A DNA stretch of 32,756 nt from Trichomonas gallinae (lineage: Eukaryota): contig MRSU01011305.1 of assembly GCA_008369845.1 (NCBI GenBank), forward strand, positions 1-32,756. Reading direction: 5' to 3'. Positions 19,519 to 27,905 of the stretch are shown here, in pieces (within the stretch, counting starts at the first letter, position 1; every line of letters begins with the position of its first letter). Below the pieces are notes generated by a model, which was not told the origin of the DNA, ran no database searches, and worked only from the letters and a program-made list of their open reading frames with translations. A program made the position numbers and the translations under genes.

Positions 19519-19758
19519 ATGTTCTACTTAGACTTTTCTTCGCCAGCCAGCAACTTAAAGACATCTAAACACACTAATAACCACGGTTATTTCAGCATTG
19601 ACCAACAAAAAGAGAAAAAAATCAATGATAAACAAAAAGATAAGATTAATTTTGCTCACCTGAATCAAGAAAGCTATGCATATGATTCCACTAAAATAGA
19701 TGCACATAAACCAAAGATTTCGCTTTTCAAGCGATTTGCTTCGAAATTATTTCAATAA
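19519..19758 (+). CDS. Candidate small protein (79 aa)
   Basis: ATG-started ORF in a very AT-rich spacer; Inr TCATA at 19507-19511; stop TAA overlaps TAAA; basic amphipathic C-terminus. Confidence 0.5.
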   Translation: MFYLDFSSPASNLKTSKHTNNHGYFSIDQQKEKKINDKQKDKINFAHLNQESYAYDSTKIDAHKPKISLFKRFASKLFQ

Positions 19759-19968
19759 ACTGTTTGTGTAATGTTTTTATCAACAATACTATTTAACAAT
19801 ATAACTATACATAATGATAAAAATCCTCAAAAAAATATATTTGATTATATTTAATTAATTATTTACATTTCTCTTGCTTTTATATTAGATTTTCTAAGTA
19901 ATTTATAAAGCTTTAGTAGTAGTAAAACAAGAAAATTTAAACATATGATTAATAGTAACAATATTTAT

Positions 19969-21207
19969 TTAATGGATAGGTTGTTGTGGTTGTTGTTGTT
20001 CTGGTTGACTTGGCTGTGATGCTGGCTGCTCGTTTCCGCTATTCCTCATGTTGTGTAGCATCTCTCTTGCTTGTCTCATTGCTTCTTCTCTCTCTTCTTC
20101 AAGGCGTTTGAGATAATCTTGGAATTGTTGCTGTTTCTCAGGCGGTGCATCCTGGAGGAGCATCTTGGAGCCCCACTTCTTGTTGAAGAAGTGCTTAAGT
20201 GTGCGAATTCCTTCGTGGAAAGGAAGCGGAACGCCTTTCTCGAAATAGATGTAAAGGTTTCCTTTGAATTGGACATTTCCACGGCACGGCATGCCTTCAT
20301 TTGGTATCCACTTGAGCTTTGTTAAGTCCGGAGGCACGTCTGGTGTCGTGTAAACTTCTAATTCACGGCCATCAAGGTGATGGATCGTAAAAGCAGTGCC
20401 GTGGCCCTGCTCATAGATAGAGAGGTTCTTGAGGTAGTATAAATCATCTCCATCACGTGACCAATCTGATGGAATTTTGATATTGATGAAAACGTGAACG
20501 TCGGATGGTTCTTTTCCTGGATATTCATCACCGCATGATGGGAAAACGACCATTTCTTCATCTGGACAGCCCATTTCTATCTTGATTTCAAGAGTTTTGC
20601 TCTTTTTAACGACTTTCCTGCCTCCGCAGTTAGGACATCTGCACACTTTCGGTGTGAGATAGCCGACACTGTCGCAGGCATCGCATGGGAATAGGAATTG
20701 GAGGCCTCCTGGCGACATACTTCCAGCACCGTTGCACTGAGGGCAAATTGGGTATTCTTTGCCATCTCTCGTGCCCAAACCGTTGCAGACTGGGCAGACG
20801 GTGTTGAATTTCCATGTCTCTTTGAGTGTTGCGCCCGTATATGCTTTTGATAATGGCACGCGAAGGAGTCTGAAGCTTGGCGAGACTTTGTCGCCCTTTG
20901 GCATGCCACGGCTTCTTCCCAAACCCATGATTTGTGTAAACATCTCGTAAACATTTACATCTTCCGGATTTGTTGGCTCTTCTTGCATTGTTCCGAATCT
21001 ATCATATCTCTCTCTGAGCTCAGGATTCTTCAAAACTTCGTATGCTTCGCTCAGTTGCTGGAATTTTTCAGTCGCAAGTGGATCATCCTGATTTCTATCT
21101 GGATGAAGCTCCATGGCTTTCTTACGATATGCGCGCTTGATCTCAGCATCAGTGGCTGTCGGCTGGACGCCAAGGATATCGTATAATGTTTGCTTCTGTT
21201 CAGACAT
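19969..21207 (-). CDS. Type I (class A) DnaJ/Hsp40 co-chaperone
   Basis: J domain LYDILGV...YRKKAMELHPDRN...RERYDRFG; four zinc-finger motifs CPVCNGLG, CPQCNGAG, CDACDSVG, CPNCGGRK; C-terminal domain RDGDDL...HLDGREL...NEGMP...KGNLYI. Confidence 0.95.
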   Translation of the reverse strand: MSEQKQTLYDILGVQPTATDAEIKRAYRKKAMELHPDRNQDDPLATEKFQQLSEAYEVLKNPELRERYDRFGTMQEEPTNPEDVNVYEMFTQIMGLGRSRGMPKGDKVSPSFRLLRVPLSKAYTGATLKETWKFNTVCPVCNGLGTRDGKEYPICPQCNGAGSMSPGGLQFLFPCDACDSVGYLTPKVCRCPNCGGRKVVKKSKTLEIKIEMGCPDEEMVVFPSCGDEYPGKEPSDVHVFINIKIPSDWSRDGDDLYYLKNLSIYEQGHGTAFTIHHLDGRELEVYTTPDVPPDLTKLKWIPNEGMPCRGNVQFKGNLYIYFEKGVPLPFHEGIRTLKHFFNKKWGSKMLLQDAPPEKQQQFQDYLKRLEEEREEAMRQAREMLHNMRNSGNEQPASQPSQPEQQQPQQPIH

Positions 21208-21541
21208 CTTTCCTTACTTTTAGAAAATAAAATGATCCAAAATCTTTGGATTGCAAATTTATTATATAGTCTTAATTCTGCGCGATTTTCTAGTTCGGTG
21301 ACGTTCTAATGCTTAAAATTAATCTGGTCATATAATATCTTTGTTTTTAAAGGCTTTGCATTTAAAATATAGAAATTAATTGTTTAGTGTTATAGAAATA
21401 TATAAATGTAATAGACTCTTTTTAAATATTTTTATATAATTAAAAATTAAAAAGTAATTAAATTTGATATATATTTACAGATATATATAATGATAATAAA
21501 AATATTGATTGTTTAATATTTTTGCTATGTAAGATTTTTAC

Positions 21542-24500
21542 ATGACAAAACATGCGGCAAATTTATATGAAATGCAATACAACTCGTTTTTCTTTCAAGT
21601 TCAACCAATCAGAGACATTATTTCGAATTTAAAGTATTACATGCAACAAGATATTTATCTAGCTGCTGAAGAATTAAATATATATCAAACTTACCATAAT
21701 CCTAACTTTACAAGCGAGCAAAAGAATTCACTGTTCGAAATTTTACATGATATTGTTATTGAAATGTGCAAAAGATCATACAATCCTTCTGATGCGCAAA
21801 GAACAATGCGACTTTTCCTTGACTACGTAAATTATTATCTAAGCGACATCTCAAATGAACACATATACGACGTATTTAACAAATTTCTCAATAATCAAAT
21901 ATCAATGAATTTAAAAGATTTCAAATTTAAATCAATTCGCGATGATATCACTGTGGGATCTGCATGCTTCCTTGCTGAAATATTATACAACATGAAATTT
22001 CCTCCTTTGTTTTGGCAAAATCAAAATGCAAATACTTTGAATATGATTGATTATATTCAATGCGAATTGTTCAAATATTACAAAATAGAAGCAAAGAAAG
22101 AAATATCTCGTTATTATATAAGCCAACTTGATGATATTACAGCAATGTCTGAAAAAATGCCTAGTTTTTGCTTGATGATGGAGAAATATAGTGAAAAATA
22201 TAAGAAACACTTTATACAACTGCAAAAAACAAATTTTTATTATATTTTACAAATTCATGATTTTGATTCAATTTTGAAGAATTTCAGCGAGATGAACCAG
22301 TCAAATGATATTCTAGATGAAGAGCTCGCAATGTACACAGATAAAATCTCGGAAATAATCAAATTATATTCAATTTCTTTAGAATCTTTCGAAAATCAAA
22401 TAAGCAGAGAAAAAACAATGACAGAGTTAATCAACATAGCTTCATCTAAAAACATGCTAAATCTGGACCAAATTAAAGAAGGACTTCTTGAAAATAACAA
22501 ATCTTTAAAATTATTCGAAAAATTATTCTATGATCTGAGCTATGACGAGATTTTAGACTTCTTTTCAAAAATGCATAGATTTTCACCTTCAGTTTCAGTG
22601 TCATTCCTTAATATTCTTAAAAAAATTGAAATTAATTCAGATTTAAGTCCTTTGCAGGAATTATTTAACAAAGTAGTAGATAATATGGACTATAGCGTAT
22701 CAAATATATTATTCGAAATGGCATCAAATCCACAATATAAAAATATTATTAGAAATACTATAATAAATTCAATTAGAAATTATGATGAAGAATCAATGAA
22801 TATACTTTTGATCTTCTTAGCATGCAATTTATATGAACCTCTAAACATTTCTCCCGAAGAAGCTGATATTGAAGATTTAATTTATGAAATTTTGCCTTCT
22901 TATTCTATTTTGTCCAGTTTGGCTTCATTGGGTAATAATTACAAGCTACTACATCAGAAGAAGCTGGTAAGATCTGTTCCGCCTTCAACACAGCTTTTTA
23001 ATTATTTAAAAAATCATTCAACTGACTTTGATGAAATAATGGATTGGATTTTAGCCCAGAATTCACGATCTAGACAGTTTTTCGACCTATTGTTGAAAGT
23101 CTATAAAACACAGAAAGAAAAAAACTTAGATTTAATTTGGAAAATATTTCCACTTGCTATTTTAATGGAAGAAGATGAAAAAATGTTTATTATTCCTATA
23201 ATTGATTGCATGGATGTGAATCCAAACATAATTATTGCAAAAATGAAATCTGATAATTCAAATATGATTGAAAAAAGATTATTTCTATTTGATTTATCTC
23301 AGGTCGATACAAAAATTATTTACGAACAGTTAAAAGAATCGCCACAGCTTTTAATCCTTGCGCATCAATGTCCAACAAAAATTTCTTTGAATTTCGATAA
23401 TATTTCATTACAAGATATTGATATAATAGAAAGGTCATTCATCCTTGATGCTGCTGTTGAAAATGCCGATGAAAGCTTTTGGACAAATATTTATTCAATT
23501 TTCGATCAAATTTTACCTGATTTTAGCGACGAAAAGCTTAAGGACTCTAATACATCAGGTGTTGTTTGTGAAATCTTCATGAAATGCTACGAAAAATTCG
23601 GTGAACATGCAGACGAAAATTTCCTGGATAAAGCTTTTTCAATCAGCATCAAAAACAACCAAACAGATCTGTTTCAAATGGTCATCAATCAACTAGAGAT
23701 AACAGAAGATATAATAAAAGCCGCCTTTTCGCACAATGAAGAATATTTTGCTAATATTTTAATTGACAGGCTAGAAAATGAAGAAAATTTCAAATTAGCG
23801 CTAAAACATTCATCACCAAAAGGAATCGTGACACTTTTAAACTACAATGAAACTTATTTATCAGATCAGGACTGGATTTCAAAGCTTCCAAATATCGATG
23901 ATGAAAAGATAATCAAAAATATAATTGATAAAATAGAACAAAACGAAGAAAACTATCTGCAAATTTTCACACAATTATATTCGACATCATATAATAGAAC
24001 AACGAGAAGGAAAGCTGCCAGAATCATATTCGATGCTCTTCCTGATGCTAATTATTTAGTTAATTACTTGAAAAACTACAAACTTACGGAAAATTTAAGC
24101 ATCAACTCGGATTATTTATCAGTTCTTTGCGTTCTTTCCGCTTTTCCATTTGTCTTAAATTCACTAGATTCATCAAATGACATTCTCAAGCTCGCGGTTG
24201 CACCTTCAACATATATTAACTATAAATTTATTTTTGGAGAATTTGAAGAAATGATGAGCAAATCTATTTCTTCTCTTCCCAATCATTTGGCATATAAATT
24301 TGGACAAGAAATTGCATTGGATTCTTTGACATGCAATAGAAGAGATTTCTCAAAGGAAAGTTTGTTATTTTTGGAAATAAAATTCAATGAAAGCATTGAA
24401 AAATCAATTGCAATGATGCATCAAACATATCGAACGAAAATAGAGTATTCTAAGGAAACAAGCGAATACAATCTATCAGGAATTTCTGCAAAATACATAA

Positions 24501-26779
24501 CAGCACCAAATGTCATTGCTTACAAAATTACAAACGCTCCAGGTGGATTAAATGTTCCATTTAATTTAGTCGATCATTACTGCCCAGAATTCACCGAATA
24601 TTCGCTAAGCAGCTTTGTGGCTCAAAATGAAGATAGAACATATATAACTTATATTCGATATGACAATGATTTATTGAGAATTACTCCCACTTCATATACA
24701 ATAGAAAAAACACCGCTTCAGAATGATGTTGTTAAATATGTCTTTTACTTGAAACATGAATTATCATTAGAGAAAATCACAGTACAATCAGAGAACAGCA
24801 AAGATTTAACGTGTTCTTCGATAATACTTTCATTATATGATGGATCCATTGACTACACGAAGATACAAAAACTGCCTGGTGCTGATAAACTTGGCTTTTT
24901 GCTATTGGCAAAATTCAAATATCCAAATCTTTTCGATCAGATTATAGCTGAATCAAATAACATATCGGACGAAATTGTGGGGTTAATGGAAGATTTAGAT
25001 GTTAATTTCTCATCAATTAATTTATTAATGGAAGAAGACAGAATACTTAAGATGAATATCAGCGAAAAGCAGATGATATTATTGCTAAATCAATTCAAAC
25101 CAACTGCGAACAAAGAATTACAACTCAAAATAATCCAAAAAGCATCTCAACATGAAAACTCAAAATACATTTTCGAAGAAACACTCAGAAATGATAAGAA
25201 CTTCTGGTTCTATGCTATGATGGCCGATTTGACCGATAATATTATTGAGTTGCTTAAAAATACTTCAATAAGCGACATTGATTATCAACAAATTAATGAA
25301 CAAATCTCAAAATCGAATGTTTTCTGGTCAAATTTCACGAAAGTTTTCAACAAAGAAGAACTAGATGAGAACAAGAAAGAATTCGTATCAAATTTGATCA
25401 TGCATTTCATTAAAATTGATTCTGATAACTATATTCCATCTATCGTTAAACTCATCAAAAATTATCACGAATTTATTACAGATAAAGAATTTGTATCAGA
25501 ATCAATTTGCCAAAGAATATTCTACACTGCTAAGCCAGTGGGCACAGCTAGAAAACTTCTTGAAATCATTGAATATTTACCCGTTCCTTTCGATAAAATC
25601 ATAGAAAACACGAAATTTTATACAAACATGAAAGATCTCGATAAATTACTAGTTGCCGGCATTACACTCTTCAAATACATGCAGATCGATCCTAAAGCGT
25701 TCAATTATAGCAATATCAAAATCTTCAGTAATTTGCAACATTATTATACTTATTATTGTTATTATGATTTCAATCAAATAATACAAGAATCAATAAAATT
25801 TTTCGATACTTTGACACCAGAAAAACTGAAATCAATGAACCATTTCGAAAAATTGTTTTCTTCGAAGGATGTCACGGTTGGCTGTCTCTATTCTCAGGGC
25901 TTTTTGCGCCTATTCAATAAAGATTGGGTGAAAAATTCGAACCTGCTTGAGTTTTATGCGTTCCTAGTCTATTTTGATACTCAATTTGATGAGGTGTCTA
26001 TTGAAGCAATGCAGTTATTAGTGGACAATGGAAACCACTTTCAATATAATTTTGATTTCGAAAACATTGTTGCTTCTCATACAAATTATCTCGTATATTT
26101 GTTTAATCGTGCAATAGAGATGAACGAAGTTCTATTCAAGGGTGATGACCCGTTGCTAAAATATTTAGCATTGTTTGCTGAGTATAAAATGAAAGATAAA
26201 CTCTTAGTAGAAACTGCAATGGCTAATTTTGAAATTAATATGAAGTTCATAACAATCCAGTCCTCAAAATATGTATCACATTTCTTCATCAAGTTGCGTG
26301 ATTATTGGATATCCGAGAATATTTCAATCAAGCTAATCTTGACACATGTTTTTAAACTGCTGAAATACTTCTACGAATGCACGCCGAGAAAGTTCATCGA
26401 CAATTATTTCTATTATCTCGAAATTATGTCAGATGATGGAGTTTGCAACGAAATAAGCAAAAACAATTGGAATGATATACAGCAGTTAAATATAGATATG
26501 ATCAATGGAATCTCGCCGACATGCCCAATACACGCAATAGAGAAATTTGGAGAGTTCAAGCTCAAATGCTATGACTACTTTCCGATGTGCTTCAAGACTT
26601 CCTCGTTTTTGAATATTCTTGAAAGATCACATGAATACAAAGAGGAAGCAATAATTAAGCTACTTGACTATTTCCAATTAGAAATTATATCAAGTGAGAA
26701 AGAAATCTCTCGACTGCAGCTTTCCGATAATATTAGGAATAAGATTAATTTGTTTTATTCAATAAATTCTATCAAATAA
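21542..26779 (+). CDS. 1745-aa protein: predicted helical solenoid regions flanking a degenerate USP (peptidase C19)-like domain
   Basis: Uninterrupted 5.2-kb AT-rich ORF. The central region shows USP-box-like segments in the correct order but lacks the catalytic Cys and His. The CDS is secure; the domain call is inference. Confidence 0.8.
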   Translation: MTKHAANLYEMQYNSFFFQVQPIRDIISNLKYYMQQDIYLAAEELNIYQTYHNPNFTSEQKNSLFEILHDIVIEMCKRSYNPSDAQRTMRLFLDYVNYYLSDISNEHIYDVFNKFLNNQISMNLKDFKFKSIRDDITVGSACFLAEILYNMKFPPLFWQNQNANTLNMIDYIQCELFKYYKIEAKKEISRYYISQLDDITAMSEKMPSFCLMMEKYSEKYKKHFIQLQKTNFYYILQIHDFDSILKNFSEMNQSNDILDEELAMYTDKISEIIKLYSISLESFENQISREKTMTELINIASSKNMLNLDQIKEGLLENNKSLKLFEKLFYDLSYDEILDFFSKMHRFSPSVSVSFLNILKKIEINSDLSPLQELFNKVVDNMDYSVSNILFEMASNPQYKNIIRNTIINSIRNYDEESMNILLIFLACNLYEPLNISPEEADIEDLIYEILPSYSILSSLASLGNNYKLLHQKKLVRSVPPSTQLFNYLKNHSTDFDEIMDWILAQNSRSRQFFDLLLKVYKTQKEKNLDLIWKIFPLAILMEEDEKMFIIPIIDCMDVNPNIIIAKMKSDNSNMIEKRLFLFDLSQVDTKIIYEQLKESPQLLILAHQCPTKISLNFDNISLQDIDIIERSFILDAAVENADESFWTNIYSIFDQILPDFSDEKLKDSNTSGVVCEIFMKCYEKFGEHADENFLDKAFSISIKNNQTDLFQMVINQLEITEDIIKAAFSHNEEYFANILIDRLENEENFKLALKHSSPKGIVTLLNYNETYLSDQDWISKLPNIDDEKIIKNIIDKIEQNEENYLQIFTQLYSTSYNRTTRRKAARIIFDALPDANYLVNYLKNYKLTENLSINSDYLSVLCVLSAFPFVLNSLDSSNDILKLAVAPSTYINYKFIFGEFEEMMSKSISSLPNHLAYKFGQEIALDSLTCNRRDFSKESLLFLEIKFNESIEKSIAMMHQTYRTKIEYSKETSEYNLSGISAKYITAPNVIAYKITNAPGGLNVPFNLVDHYCPEFTEYSLSSFVAQNEDRTYITYIRYDNDLLRITPTSYTIEKTPLQNDVVKYVFYLKHELSLEKITVQSENSKDLTCSSIILSLYDGSIDYTKIQKLPGADKLGFLLLAKFKYPNLFDQIIAESNNISDEIVGLMEDLDVNFSSINLLMEEDRILKMNISEKQMILLLNQFKPTANKELQLKIIQKASQHENSKYIFEETLRNDKNFWFYAMMADLTDNIIELLKNTSISDIDYQQINEQISKSNVFWSNFTKVFNKEELDENKKEFVSNLIMHFIKIDSDNYIPSIVKLIKNYHEFITDKEFVSESICQRIFYTAKPVGTARKLLEIIEYLPVPFDKIIENTKFYTNMKDLDKLLVAGITLFKYMQIDPKAFNYSNIKIFSNLQHYYTYYCYYDFNQIIQESIKFFDTLTPEKLKSMNHFEKLFSSKDVTVGCLYSQGFLRLFNKDWVKNSNLLEFYAFLVYFDTQFDEVSIEAMQLLVDNGNHFQYNFDFENIVASHTNYLVYLFNRAIEMNEVLFKGDDPLLKYLALFAEYKMKDKLLVETAMANFEINMKFITIQSSKYVSHFFIKLRDYWISENISIKLILTHVFKLLKYFYECTPRKFIDNYFYYLEIMSDDGVCNEISKNNWNDIQQLNIDMINGISPTCPIHAIEKFGEFKLKCYDYFPMCFKTSSFLNILERSHEYKEEAIIKLLDYFQLEIISSEKEISRLQLSDNIRNKINLFYSINSIK

Positions 26780-26894
26780 TCAATCATATATATTAAGATT
26801 GTTATTGATTAATTAATATTAGAAAATGACATATTTTTTTAATTATCAAAAATATTCCAACTTTATAAAAATATATTTTCAACACATAATAAAA

Positions 26895-27770
26895 CTATAA
26901 CTTTTGCAATTGTGACTGCAACTTGTTGCGCTCGTCAAGTAAGTCTTTGATCATTGCCTGAGAATCAGTTTGATTTTCAGCGCTTCTCTGTTTATTAGCT
27001 TCTTGAATTCTATTTAATATTATCTGTATATTTGTTTTTGACTGATTAAGTTCTTCTTTTCTGGATTTATAAACTCGATATAAATCTTGGTACATATCAA
27101 GTGAATTATCTGCTTTCAATATAGTTATAAGACGCTTCAGAACTTGTAGACTTGAATTCTTTGGATTTATTTGATTAATCAAATATTTATATTTTGGATC
27201 TGACATAATTAATCCTAATAATACTTTATCATATACTTCACAGCATGGTCGTGCAAAATATGGATGATGAATGATATCAACTATCTGATTTGAATCAATT
27301 TGCAGAATATAATTTGATTGAGCGAAGCTAGAAAAGTTTTCAGCGAAATATCTGTTGTAATTACGAAATAGTATGTTAGGTGATTTTGTTTTGTTCTTGT
27401 ATTTCTCGATATTGGACAAGAAAGCGTCGAATAGTTCATTTTGAGGTGTTTTCGATGCAGCACGATATAGCCTCTCTTCTATATTAGGACAATCCCATTC
27501 AGCTGCTGCTAGCAACAATTCTGCAACAATCTTAAGATTTAACTTTGGTTTTTGGTTATGAATTAAGCTCATAAGATCCTTGATGTATGTTGTGGCTACG
27601 ATTTCTTTTGATAAATCCAATGTTGTTCCTTGCATTTTAATAAAATGGGATCTAAAAAGTCCGGATTCCGCGACCATTTTTCTTGGATCAACCTGGATTG
27701 GAGAAAAAACGTTATATTTCAGATTAATACTGATTGGTAGCTCAATGTTACCAACTTCATAGAAGGACAT
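26895..27770 (-). CDS. Hypothetical protein with degenerate BTB/BACK-like region and C-terminal coiled coil
   Basis: VAELLLAAAEWDCPNIEERL resembles the last BTB helices; FAENFSSFAQSNYILQIDSNQIVDII resembles BACK; heptad-rich tail. Convergent with the 1745-aa gene. Confidence 0.7.
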   Translation of the reverse strand: MSFYEVGNIELPISINLKYNVFSPIQVDPRKMVAESGLFRSHFIKMQGTTLDLSKEIVATTYIKDLMSLIHNQKPKLNLKIVAELLLAAAEWDCPNIEERLYRAASKTPQNELFDAFLSNIEKYKNKTKSPNILFRNYNRYFAENFSSFAQSNYILQIDSNQIVDIIHHPYFARPCCEVYDKVLLGLIMSDPKYKYLINQINPKNSSLQVLKRLITILKADNSLDMYQDLYRVYKSRKEELNQSKTNIQIILNRIQEANKQRSAENQTDSQAMIKDLLDERNKLQSQLQKL

Positions 27771-27905
27771 TTTGACTGAATTGACTTATTTACATGGCAA
27801 GTATTATAAAAATATGACATGTAAATTTAATTTCAAAATAAAAAGTGTCTAAAGATAATAAAAAAATCAAAAAGTGTTTAAAAAGACCGCGTTTGCAAAA
27901 TATAC

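Noticed and set aside
13078..27770. Kelch, SIM-like, pseudo-USP and BTB/BACK genes as a ubiquitin/SUMO gene cluster
   Set aside because: These families are abundant in trichomonads, the genes are interspersed with unrelated ones and have their own promoters, so proximity is weak evidence.
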